DNA of 24,000 nucleotides, from sequence record MH363700.1; one strand, 5' to 3'. How positions within the stretch are numbered: the first letter of the stretch is position 1; the number at the start of each line of letters is the position of its first letter. The position numbers were made by a program, and so were the translations under genes. The DNA comes from Vibrio phage VP-1. Below, in pieces: positions 7,036 through 14,800 of the stretch. The notes beneath the pieces are model-generated. The model worked only from the letters and a program-made list of their open reading frames with translations. It had not been told where the DNA came from and ran no database searches.

Positions 7036-8036
7036 TAGTTAGTTCCTACTTTTGGGAATAGATTCATCAAATCTTTCATTGAAACATTTGACACGTTGAT
7101 GTAATGATGTTTGGTGTTATGTTTAACATCATCCAAATTGCGCTCCAGGAGTGCACACACTGGTTCTGCCGTCATGTCCTTTGACATATACACTAGAACA
7201 GAGAAAAGACCACTACGGCTGTTATATGAGACCTGTACGCGTCCAACATTAGCCTTACAAGTTACATAAGGTTTCTTCTTCGCAGGCACTTTCAATTCAG
7301 CTCCATGGATTTCCAAATCTTTCACAAGGCCATTCAATGCAGGCATCTCACCTTTAACAATTGATGGCATTGTCACCTTAACCTTAGTTGGTTGAGGTTC
7401 GACAACTTCAACAGGTTTTGGATTAGTGATTTCTTTGCCCTCAACAACCTTTGGAGTTGGTTCAGGTTTTACAGTTGGTTTGCCATTAAGAGCATTGTGA
7501 GAGAATTTCAAAGCTTTCTCTTTGATGAAACCTTTTGAAGAACATTTACACCAACGTAAAGAACCCAAACGGATTTTCTTATGCATTTGTGGTGTCATGT
7601 TGTATTCTTTGTCACATGTTGGACAAATGTAAACAAATGGTCTTGTTTGTGCACGGGTCTTTTGACCATTCATTAACAAAGCTTTATCAACATCCATATT
7701 GTGATATGTCTTAGGTTCACAACCAAAGTGACGCATCACATTTTTCCATTCTTTTCCATGCGGTTTTGCACCACGACCATAAACCTTATGAACAACAATA
7801 TGAGCAAATTCATGCGGAATAGTATCTTTGATGAATTCTTCTTCATTATCCGCAAGAAGGGTTTTGCAAAGGTTGATGATACCGTTTTCAGTAGTAAAGC
7901 CGTTAGCATTACCAGCAACTTTACCCATTTCCTTGATGTTGATTTCAGGCATACCAAAAGTTTTTGAAGGTACAATACGGTTTGCGATATCGATGTACTT
8001 TTGAAGAACATCTTGGACTTGGTTAACAGTAAGCAT
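7035..8036 (-). CDS. SprT-like zinc metalloprotease domain protein, about 333 aa
   Basis: HEFAHIVVHKVYGRGAKPHGKEWKNVMRHFG (HExxH ... H) followed by a zinc-ribbon-like YICPTCDKEYN...LRWCKC. Start chosen at MLTVNQVQ (8036), after the AAGGA leader. Confidence 0.88.
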   Translation of the reverse strand: MLTVNQVQDVLQKYIDIANRIVPSKTFGMPEINIKEMGKVAGNANGFTTENGIINLCKTLLADNEEEFIKDTIPHEFAHIVVHKVYGRGAKPHGKEWKNVMRHFGCEPKTYHNMDVDKALLMNGQKTRAQTRPFVYICPTCDKEYNMTPQMHKKIRLGSLRWCKCSSKGFIKEKALKFSHNALNGKPTVKPEPTPKVVEGKEITNPKPVEVVEPQPTKVKVTMPSIVKGEMPALNGLVKDLEIHGAELKVPAKKKPYVTCKANVGRVQVSYNSRSGLFSVLVYMSKDMTAEPVCALLERNLDDVKHNTKHHYINVSNVSMKDLMNLFPKVGTN

Positions 8037-8051
8037 GACATATTCCTTAAT

Positions 8052-8085
8052 GGATGTTGTTTGTTTCGATGGGGTAATAATAAAG
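8052..8085 (-). promoter_or_regulatory. Candidate promoter and conserved leader (TATTATTACCCCATCGAAACAAACAACATCC)
   Basis: Matches the motif at 1560-1585 and 10262-10290. Lies between a terminator and the SprT-like gene. Confidence 0.6.
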
Positions 8086-8126
8086 AATCCCGACCACAAA
8101 TAATGTGATCGGGATCGCGTTTTTGG
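8082..8126 (-). terminator. Rho-independent terminator, copy 1 of a 41-bp repeat
   Basis: ATCCCGACCAC (8087-8097) / GTGATCGGGAT (8105-8115), loop 7. Identical 41 bp occurs at 10292-10332. Confidence 0.8.
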
Positions 8127-8134
8127 TTATTGGA

Positions 8135-8545
8135 TTATTCTTCTTCGACTGAACAATCCCAGGTGATATCTGGATTGATATGGTCCAGGATTATTTTTCT
8201 TGCGTTAACTTCCAGTTTTGGACATACACCAATTGACTCGCCATTGAAGAAGACTTCGTACTGCACGCCAATATCTTTAACCACATATTCAGTGTCGTTA
8301 TGAATATTGATGGCAACCCGTACATAGTGTGTTCCAATACGGTCTGGTGAATATCCGATCGCAGATAGCCAGTTAACAATTGCTGCTGCGAAAATCGGGT
8401 CTTTTACACGATGTTCAGGAATGATAAATTGAATATCTTTGGTAGATTCCAAAATATCTTGCACTTCTTGCGGCATCTTTCTGAATTCACTTTCCGAACA
8501 TTCCACAAATAAAGTATTTCCGAATATATGCATTTTCTTAGCCAT
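8135..8545 (-). CDS. Hypothetical protein, 136 aa
   Basis: Minus ORF starting MAKKMHIFGNTLF, ending just before a terminator. Confidence 0.75.
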   Translation of the reverse strand: MAKKMHIFGNTLFVECSESEFRKMPQEVQDILESTKDIQFIIPEHRVKDPIFAAAIVNWLSAIGYSPDRIGTHYVRVAINIHNDTEYVVKDIGVQYEVFFNGESIGVCPKLEVNARKIILDHINPDITWDCSVEEE

Positions 8546-8891
8546 GAGAAACCCCCAAACTAAACATCAAGAACATAACAACAAAGATGAAGAACTTATA
8601 CATGATGATATTGGAGCCACTTGCCCGGTCAATCTTCAAATCAAACATGAGCATTGCAAGCAACAATAAACTGAAGTCAATCGGTAATCCATCCGGGAAA
8701 CTTGCGATATCTACTATATCCAACGATGCCAAAACACCTATTGTTGAATAGAAACCCATACAGGTGATCGTAAACAATGTAATCAGTCCGATGATATTTG
8801 TCACACGACCTGCGGCAAAGTAAATCGTACACATTGCAAGGATCAACACATGTGCGATTGTTAAGTGGTTTTCAATGATGAAGTTAAACAT
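8538..8891 (-). CDS. Small putative membrane protein, 117 aa
   Basis: Start at MFNFIIENHL (8891) with AAGGAG upstream. Several hydrophobic stretches (HVLILAMCTIYFAAG, IIGLITLFTITCMGFY, IIMYKFFIFVVMFLMF). Confidence 0.75.
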   Translation of the reverse strand: MFNFIIENHLTIAHVLILAMCTIYFAAGRVTNIIGLITLFTITCMGFYSTIGVLASLDIVDIASFPDGLPIDFSLLLLAMLMFDLKIDRASGSNIIMYKFFIFVVMFLMFSLGVSHG

Positions 8892-9288
8892 TACGGATCT
8901 CCTTTTGGATTTCATCGGCAAATTTTTGGATATCTGGCCAGGTCGGTTCAACATCACCCCAATGCTTGGTACGGGTTGCTTTGATATCCAAAGATGGAAT
9001 GTTCACCTGGACGCGTGTAGTCCAACAGCATTCTTCATTGCAAGGGTATGTTGAAACCTTGAAGCTTGGTTCAAATCCAAGAACCCAATTCATGAATTCT
9101 TCAAAGCCATTTTCAACTTCAAATTCTTTGGAGATTAGACCAAACTTTTCGATACCTTCTTTGCTAGGAAGGAACTTGCGGACATAATCATCACCTGTTT
9201 CAGACAATGAACCGATGTAAATACAGCTGGTATCCGTTGATACAGTCACTAGACCTACTAAATTAATCTTAATTTTCATCTTTGCCAC
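8884..9288 (-). CDS. Hypothetical protein, 134 aa
   Basis: Minus ORF overlapping its neighbours by a few codons, as is typical here. Confidence 0.72.
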   Translation of the reverse strand: MAKMKIKINLVGLVTVSTDTSCIYIGSLSETGDDYVRKFLPSKEGIEKFGLISKEFEVENGFEEFMNWVLGFEPSFKVSTYPCNEECCWTTRVQVNIPSLDIKATRTKHWGDVEPTWPDIQKFADEIQKEIRNV

Positions 9289-9745
9289 CCTTAATTACTG
9301 TTGGTTTCCATGCTTGGCGTTTAGGTTGTTTGGTTTCTTCTTGAACTGCGTCAAAAAGGATTGCTTGGAGCATTTCATTGACACCTGTTGAGATATCAAA
9401 ATGTACCCAATCCTTCTGGTCATGGCTTCCAGAAATTGACATGATACCACCATTGGTAATATTGCCAGGGAAGCGCTGTCCATTGAATACGCAAGAGTAT
9501 AGGATATCACCGGTTGCAGCATCAATTGGACCATACGTGCAGTCAATAGTACCAAAGTTCAAAGTGATTGCCTGAAGCGAATGTCCCGAATTGAGATCCT
9601 GAGAGTAGATACCTTTAGGTGGTTGTGCCACATTTTTGAAAGGTATGTGATTGAAACCTGTTGCAAAGGTCACATAAACGTATTTGTAATTCTTGGCAAC
9701 TTCTTCAATAAGTGCAAGATGTTGCACTGAGTAGATATTATTCAT
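9269..9745 (-). CDS. Hypothetical protein, about 158 aa
   Basis: ORF 9269-9802. Met at 9745 (MNNIYSVQHL) is preceded by AAGGAAAAATATC. Confidence 0.7.
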   Translation of the reverse strand: MNNIYSVQHLALIEEVAKNYKYVYVTFATGFNHIPFKNVAQPPKGIYSQDLNSGHSLQAITLNFGTIDCTYGPIDAATGDILYSCVFNGQRFPGNITNGGIMSISGSHDQKDWVHFDISTGVNEMLQAILFDAVQEETKQPKRQAWKPTVIKGGKDEN

Positions 9746-10250
9746 GATATTTTTCCTTATAGTTAGAGATTTGGCGTTCAATCCAATCTTCATTGAGTAC
9801 ATTACGCACCAAAGATTCTTGGGCTAATACATCACATTCCAACCAGGTTACTAATACAGCTTCTTCTTTATCGAAAATGCATTGTTTTTCGCCAATGTCA
9901 TAGTATTCAGAAACATAAACAGCAATAGCATAGTCTTGAATACCACATTGGAAGTCATCAACCCTTTTCAAATCTTCATGGGAGAACCACGCATAAATCT
10001 GATCAAGACTATTGAATCCGAAATACATGATGTCATAGTCACAATTTTTGAAGTTTTCTTCATCAGGGTTCGGATGGCGTTCATTGTAACGCATATCTCC
10101 CCACAGATAGGTCGCAAGCGTACTTGAAGACACAATCTCTTTTGGGTTGTTATTGGCATCGCGACCAATGACTTTAACTTTTTGGTGTTGATATGGACCA
10201 AGGCCATTGAGCCTGGATTCAACACGAAAAATAACTTTGGGTTCCATCAC
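9738..10250 (-). CDS. Hypothetical protein, 170 aa
   Basis: Minus ORF with ATAGGAATATGTG upstream, downstream of a terminator/promoter element. Confidence 0.72.
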   Translation of the reverse strand: MMEPKVIFRVESRLNGLGPYQHQKVKVIGRDANNNPKEIVSSSTLATYLWGDMRYNERHPNPDEENFKNCDYDIMYFGFNSLDQIYAWFSHEDLKRVDDFQCGIQDYAIAVYVSEYYDIGEKQCIFDKEEAVLVTWLECDVLAQESLVRNVLNEDWIERQISNYKEKYHE

Positions 10251-10261
10251 ATATTCCTATC

Positions 10262-10290
10262 GGATGTTGTTTCGTTAGGGACATAATAAA
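10262..10290 (-). promoter_or_regulatory. Candidate promoter and leader (TTTATTATGTCCCTAACGAAACAACATCC)
   Basis: Third match to the conserved leader motif, with small variations. Confidence 0.5.
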
Positions 10291-10332
10291 AAATCCCGAC
10301 CACAAATAATGTGATCGGGATCGCGTTTTTGG
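10286..10332 (-). terminator. Rho-independent terminator, copy 2 of the 41-bp repeat
   Basis: ATCCCGACCAC (10293-10303) / GTGATCGGGAT (10311-10321), minus-side TTTTTATTAT tail. Confidence 0.88.
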
Positions 10333-10334
10333 AT

Positions 10335-10715
10335 TTAGACTTCGTGAGTACCTTCAACACCACGTTCTTTGCGTTCCGCAGTACGCATTTCAAGTTCTTT
10401 CAAACCAATGCGAAGATGGTGGATAGCTTTAGCGTTCGCAGCACAGTTGAACTTTGAAGCCTGGTAGAACTCAAGACGTTCAATTGCCGCAATCAACAGG
10501 TCTTCAACAAAACAACCATTGTGACCGTTTTCACCAAGTGGACCTTTCTGGAAATCCACATGCAAACCGATTGCTGATGCTGAACCACCAAATGGTAGGC
10601 CATCTTCATTCAGATTGTTCGTGATATGCATTTGTTGGTTTGCCAGGTTAGCTGTGATATCACCGTAAGGTGTGAGATCAACAATCTGGAAGTCTTTTTG
10701 TGCGTTGGTAGTCAT
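10335..10715 (-). CDS. Small phage protein resembling Acb2/Tad1 hairpin-domain proteins (tentative), 126 aa
   Basis: VDFQKGPLG...NGCFVEDLLIAAIERLEFYQASKFNCAANAKAIHHLRIGLKELEMRTAERKERGVEGTHEV matches a recurrent phage family pattern (NGV..EDLL...IDRL ... F.C.EN..A...L..AL..L..RT..R..RGVEG). The ORF is clear; the functional assignment is from memory of that family. Confidence 0.55.
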   Translation of the reverse strand: MTTNAQKDFQIVDLTPYGDITANLANQQMHITNNLNEDGLPFGGSASAIGLHVDFQKGPLGENGHNGCFVEDLLIAAIERLEFYQASKFNCAANAKAIHHLRIGLKELEMRTAERKERGVEGTHEV

Positions 10716-11124
10716 AGTTTACCGAGCTCCAAGTTTTAGGTTTTAGGAATTTGGCATAACGGATAGGTTTAGGTTTCACCTGAACATCGTATCCTTGCCA
10801 TTGGAATACCAAGTCTTCAAAAGCAAATGGATCGTAATTGCCAGCCACATAGTGTCGTACAAAATCCATTAAGACTTTTTCTTGACTCTCTGTTAAATGC
10901 CCTGGAAGCTGGAAGCAAACATATCGCTTGTCGCTCTTGTGTGCTCCTGTATCGCGTTCTAATCGAGCAATAGCGTTATCTGCTTGCTCTTTCAGTAAAA
11001 GCTTATACGCGCTCATACGCGCAACTTCAGGACTTTGACGGTTATGGACAGCAATGTCCACAACCACGTCAATCATTTTACCAAACAAAAGGAATATGAT
11101 CTTTTCAATCATCTGTACCACCAT
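10678..11124 (-). CDS. Hypothetical protein, up to 148 aa
   Basis: Minus ORF overlapping both flanking genes. The start may be Met 11112. Confidence 0.68.
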   Translation of the reverse strand: MVVQMIEKIIFLLFGKMIDVVVDIAVHNRQSPEVARMSAYKLLLKEQADNAIARLERDTGAHKSDKRYVCFQLPGHLTESQEKVLMDFVRHYVAGNYDPFAFEDLVFQWQGYDVQVKPKPIRYAKFLKPKTWSSVNYDYQRTKRLPDC

Positions 11125-13027
11125 ATAAGGTTACGTCTTCAAAAAATTCCTTACGTACATCAGCCATATCCTTATCGAATGCGATCTTCAGGTAATGGTC
11201 TGCCGCTTCATCCATTGAAATGGTTACAGTGTATTTATCAGGATCCAACATCATGCGACGGATATCGGCTGTACTGTTACCGCCAAGACCTTTAAGATAC
11301 TTCTTCTTGTGGTTTGGATTCTCTTTGGCCCATGCTTTGTATTCTTCAACAGAGAAGAACTCAAACATCTGTTTGCCTTTCCATACACGATAGATAGGAG
11401 TATTGAATGACTTCAGACGACCTTGTTTGATGTACTCAGGCCAACAGGTATAGAACAAAGAAATAATCAAACCGCGGATGTGTGAGCCATCATAGTCAGC
11501 ATCCGTCGCCATCCAGGTCTCAGCGTAACGAAGCTTCTCCATATCCATAGGCTTACCAATTTTGAATCCACCCAGGATTGCTTGGATTGCCTGGAACTCT
11601 GTATTCGATGTCAGCTTCTGACGCGATACACGCATCGCATTCGGGAACTTACCACGCATCGGCATCAGACCATGGATCGCACCAATACGCGCGTTCTTGA
11701 TTGGCTTGGCTGCTGAATCACCTTCCGCCAGGAACAAAATACACTTACTACGATCGCGACCTGTTGCATTAACATACTTCTCAATCTTGCGAGGATCCAT
11801 CTTACTGGCTTCGTTCTGGTTAGCATCGATTTCTGCTGCTTCTTCTTCAGCTTTCTTCTTCGCAATCTCTGCGTCCAGAACTTCCAGGGTTAGTTGGTAT
11901 GCTTTCTTAATGAATGCATCGTCCAACTCATCCATTTTAGTCCCAAAGTCTTTGACCTGTGTTGTCATCGTTTCTTTGGTTTGGGAGTTGAATCGTGGAT
12001 TATCAATTGTTGCATTAACAAACAGATGCATCGCATTCTTGATTGTTGCCGGCGCCAGGTTTTTAACCTTCAAAGCTTTCTGAAGTTTTGGACGAATTTT
12101 GGCGACTATCTTATCCGCAACATAATCCAGGTGTGGGCCACCAGAGTGCGTACAGATACTGTTGACATAGCTTTCATGTTGGAAACCATTTTTGCTTGCC
12201 AACAAACCAATCTGCCAATCTTTACCTTGACTGAATGCGGGAACTACAGTATCAAACTTACGTACGAAATCACGGAAGCTATTGATCTGAATTTCAACAC
12301 TGTTCAGCTTGACCGTTAAGTGTGGGTTACACGCAGCAATTTCAAACGTGCGACGGACAAACATCAGGTAGTTATCAATGTCTAACTTTTTCAGGCCCAA
12401 ACGTTGATAATCTGGCACCCATTGAACACATGTGAATCCGCGTTTATTGGTAGTGTTGCGAATGTTTGGTTCTTTGTGTTCAGACATGTTGTTTTTCCAA
12501 ACACCCGTATATGCCTTTTTACCATCAGACGTCTTGACAGTGAACGACTTACTGAACAGGTTTACCAGGGATGCACCTTCACCGTTTTGACCAGCAGAAT
12601 ACTTATTATCATATTCGTCATCCCCGTCGTTAAAGTTGGAGCCAGCAAATAATGAACCAAATAACATATCCGGAACCCATTTACCAGATTCGTGCATCGC
12701 AACTGGAATACCACCGTTATCGGTAATACTAATTGAACCGTTCATGCGATTTAACGTGACCTCGATTGTATCCAGGTGTGAGCCTTCCGGAGTCTTGGAG
12801 AAGTCCACACTGTTTGTGATAATTTCATCAAACATTTTCGCCAACGCTGGACACCAGGACAACTTATCTTCAGCAACAGTGTTATTCTTTGCGTCATAGA
12901 TCCAGGTATTTTTTGTCACAGTTTTAGTACTGCCGACATGACGGTCCGGGCGAAGTAGAATGTGTTCATGGTGTGACAGCTCTTTGTATAAAGAATTGAT
13001 ATCACGACCTGCAGATGTTTTACTCAT
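11105..13027 (-). CDS. Type II DNA topoisomerase large subunit (T4 gp39 plus gp60-like), 640 aa
   Basis: GHKL ATPase elements (FDEIITNSVD, ITDNGGIPV, YSAGQNGEGASLVNLFS), TOPRIM LFLAEGDSAAKPI, and MATDADYDGSHIRGLIISLFYTCWPEYIKQGRL. Confidence 0.95.
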   Translation of the reverse strand: MSKTSAGRDINSLYKELSHHEHILLRPDRHVGSTKTVTKNTWIYDAKNNTVAEDKLSWCPALAKMFDEIITNSVDFSKTPEGSHLDTIEVTLNRMNGSISITDNGGIPVAMHESGKWVPDMLFGSLFAGSNFNDGDDEYDNKYSAGQNGEGASLVNLFSKSFTVKTSDGKKAYTGVWKNNMSEHKEPNIRNTTNKRGFTCVQWVPDYQRLGLKKLDIDNYLMFVRRTFEIAACNPHLTVKLNSVEIQINSFRDFVRKFDTVVPAFSQGKDWQIGLLASKNGFQHESYVNSICTHSGGPHLDYVADKIVAKIRPKLQKALKVKNLAPATIKNAMHLFVNATIDNPRFNSQTKETMTTQVKDFGTKMDELDDAFIKKAYQLTLEVLDAEIAKKKAEEEAAEIDANQNEASKMDPRKIEKYVNATGRDRSKCILFLAEGDSAAKPIKNARIGAIHGLMPMRGKFPNAMRVSRQKLTSNTEFQAIQAILGGFKIGKPMDMEKLRYAETWMATDADYDGSHIRGLIISLFYTCWPEYIKQGRLKSFNTPIYRVWKGKQMFEFFSVEEYKAWAKENPNHKKKYLKGLGGNSTADIRRMMLDPDKYTVTISMDEAADHYLKIAFDKDMADVRKEFFEDVTLYGGTDD

Positions 13028-13043
13028 TTTGTTTTCCTTGAAA

Positions 13044-13073
13044 CTAAAAAGGCTGAGTACATTATACTCAGCC
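13044..13073 (-). terminator. Rho-independent terminator
   Basis: GGCTGAGTA (13051-13059) / TACTCAGCC (13065-13073), minus-side TTTTTAG tail. Confidence 0.88.
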
Positions 13074-13076
13074 TTG

Positions 13077-13092
13077 AAACTTTTGAAGTTTT
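13077..13092. repeat. 16-mer AAACTTTTGAAGTTTT, copy 2
   Basis: Read directly. Overlaps the stop codon of the 13091-13660 gene, adjacent to a terminator. Confidence 0.95.
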
Positions 13093-13660
13093 ACTGGAAG
13101 ACGATAATACCTTTCAGATTTGGGAAGTTACCATATAAATGGTCTGGATTAATTCTGGCAAATGTTCGCACCGGCGAATTGCGATCCGCCGTATTGCGCA
13201 TTGATGTCTGCATATCATCGATGAGGATGAATTCAATTGCACCTGTATCAATTTTCATTGGCATACGACAGATATCACGTTCCAACTCGCTGGCTGTCAA
13301 TACACGACTATTGTGTTCGTCTTTGCGGTTGATCTGACATTCACGAATAAAGTTCTTACGGTGTGCCAGGGTGGATAACACTGACAAGCAGTTATTCCAT
13401 TGGCCATTCGTAATCTGTTCATTATCCATTTGAACCTGGAGTCCATTCAGGAAGAACTTACGCATGATTGCACTGTGACCGATTGCGCGACCTAAACAGA
13501 AACGCATCAGATGCATATCATACATAAACATTGGTTCTTGACGGGAAAGGTTTTGCATCTTGGTTGTGTAGTGGTTACGGATAACCACATTGTCGATGAG
13601 CTGTTTGATTGGTGTTTCGTTGTCTACTTTAACAGTAGTAGTGATTATTGGTTTGGACAT
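13091..13660 (-). CDS. Hypothetical protein, 189 aa
   Basis: Minus ORF with strong Shine-Dalgarno (AGGAGGACAGAAC-ATG). Confidence 0.8.
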   Translation of the reverse strand: MSKPIITTTVKVDNETPIKQLIDNVVIRNHYTTKMQNLSRQEPMFMYDMHLMRFCLGRAIGHSAIMRKFFLNGLQVQMDNEQITNGQWNNCLSVLSTLAHRKNFIRECQINRKDEHNSRVLTASELERDICRMPMKIDTGAIEFILIDDMQTSMRNTADRNSPVRTFARINPDHLYGNFPNLKGIIVFQ

Positions 13661-13693
13661 GTTCTGTCCTCCTATTCTGTTATGGTTAATTTA

Positions 13694-13729
13694 GTGTTGG
13701 CACTTTATTCTATACTTATTGGCCAACAC
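13694..13729 (-). promoter_or_regulatory. Inverted repeat (possible mRNA hairpin) in the leader of the 13091-13660 gene
   Basis: GTGTTGGC (13694-13701) / GCCAACAC (13722-13729), 20-nt loop, no T tract. Confidence 0.45.
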
Positions 13730-13758
13730 CATTATCAACCAGAATCCAGATTTGAGAA

Positions 13759-13911
13759 TCACTTTGGAGATGTTCCACCCTGGCCACCATCGTGGCTTGG
13801 AACTTTCTTTTTCTTCTTAGCGACAGTGGTAGTCGCAACCGCCGGAGTTTGGACACCTGGTGCACCAGATTCTTCTTTGAGTAGGTCTTTGAAGTTAGCT
13901 AATTTATGCAT
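13759..13911 (-). CDS. Small protein, 50 aa (MHKLANFKDLLKEESGAPGVQTPAVATTTVAKKKKKVPSHDGGQGGTSPK)
   Basis: Hand-translated ORF absent from the track. ATG at 13909-13911 overlaps the stop of the macrodomain gene. Confidence 0.6.
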   Translation of the reverse strand: MHKLANFKDLLKEESGAPGVQTPAVATTTVAKKKKKVPSHDGGQGGTSPK

Positions 13912-14371
13912 GAGGATTACTCCCGTAAATGTAGATGGTTTGAGTTAAGTCCCGGAAAGCAATCTCCATTTTATCCAGGACGATAGGCCATACCAGGTTA
14001 CCGCAACCACAACCCAGTGGTGGGATCGCAATATGACGAATATCGTTTATTGACAGGTACACACGGATACGATTGATAACTGAATCAATCCATTTATATT
14101 CCGAATCATAATGCCATTGGTCCTTGGTTGCAGCATTTAGAATCACTTTGGAACGGATGCCTTTCTTTGCACGGAATTGTTTGACATCACCAGGTTTAAT
14201 TAAATCTTTGCTGCACAATTCCTGGTAATACTTGTAATTGTCTGGAAAGTATTTCTTGAATTCGAGTGCAACACCTTTGCCTGATACGCCAGAACAATTG
14301 ACAGTATTCACGATCGCATCACAGGTGCTATGCGCAATATTTTTGTTCGGTACAAATATCAATTTGGCCAT
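13904..14371 (-). CDS. Macrodomain protein, DarG-like ADP-ribosylhydrolase, 155 aa
   Basis: AIVNTVNCSGVSGKGVALEFKKYFPDNYKYYQELC...KPGDV...ILNAATKDQW...IAIPPLGCGCGNLVW closely follows the DarG-type macrodomain signature. Confidence 0.92.
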   Translation of the reverse strand: MAKLIFVPNKNIAHSTCDAIVNTVNCSGVSGKGVALEFKKYFPDNYKYYQELCSKDLIKPGDVKQFRAKKGIRSKVILNAATKDQWHYDSEYKWIDSVINRIRVYLSINDIRHIAIPPLGCGCGNLVWPIVLDKMEIAFRDLTQTIYIYGSNPHA

Positions 14372-14738
14372 GGGTTCCTCTCAGTTCCACATATACCATA
14401 CCTGCGATACGAGAATCAATAGGGCTCTTACAAAGCTCTTTGGCGAAGTTGATAGGAATATAATCCATCAATGCCAATACGGTAATCAATGCAGGCTTAT
14501 TGTCCTCATCAATCTTGGAAATAAGTAGGCGGATCGCAGCTTCTCTTTCAAACAGATTAAACCAGGTAATGACCTGGTTCATGAGTAGTCGCACTCCACT
14601 GTGTCCAGCTTTGATTCTTTTTAAGCTTGTATTAATCCTGGACATGATTTGCAGGTCGGTTTCAAATGATTTATCGGTTGTCTTGTCTATCAGATAAAAC
14701 TGTTTAGCATACTCACGGTAATCTTCTATAACATACAT
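14328..14738 (-). CDS. Hypothetical protein, 136 aa
   Basis: Minus ORF. The ATG sits directly after a terminator T tract, so the start is uncertain. Confidence 0.65.
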   Translation of the reverse strand: MYVIEDYREYAKQFYLIDKTTDKSFETDLQIMSRINTSLKRIKAGHSGVRLLMNQVITWFNLFEREAAIRLLISKIDEDNKPALITVLALMDYIPINFAKELCKSPIDSRIAGMVYVELRGTHGQIDICTEQKYCA

Positions 14739-14777
14739 AAAAAATAAGCCTGTAATTATTCGGTTACAGACTTATTT
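14739..14777 (-). terminator. Rho-independent terminator
   Basis: AAATAAGCCTGTAA (14742-14755) / TTACAGACTTATTT (14764-14777), 13 of 14 complementary with one wobble, T-rich on the minus side. Confidence 0.8.
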
Positions 14778-14800
14778 AATTGCGTTTATGACGTTATGGA

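Noticed and set aside
8086-10332. Insertion sequence or transposon bounded by the 41-bp repeats
   Set aside because: The repeats are in direct orientation, contain terminator hairpins, and flank ordinary phage ORFs with no transposase. A recombination or homogenisation origin is more likely.
11697-12319. Plus-strand ORFs of 128 and 141 aa
   Set aside because: Antisense to the topoisomerase gene, with composition typical of antisense frames.
13904-14371. A full DarTG toxin-antitoxin module
   Set aside because: Only the DarG-like macrodomain is visible. No neighbouring ORF shows a DarT-like ADP-ribosyltransferase pattern.
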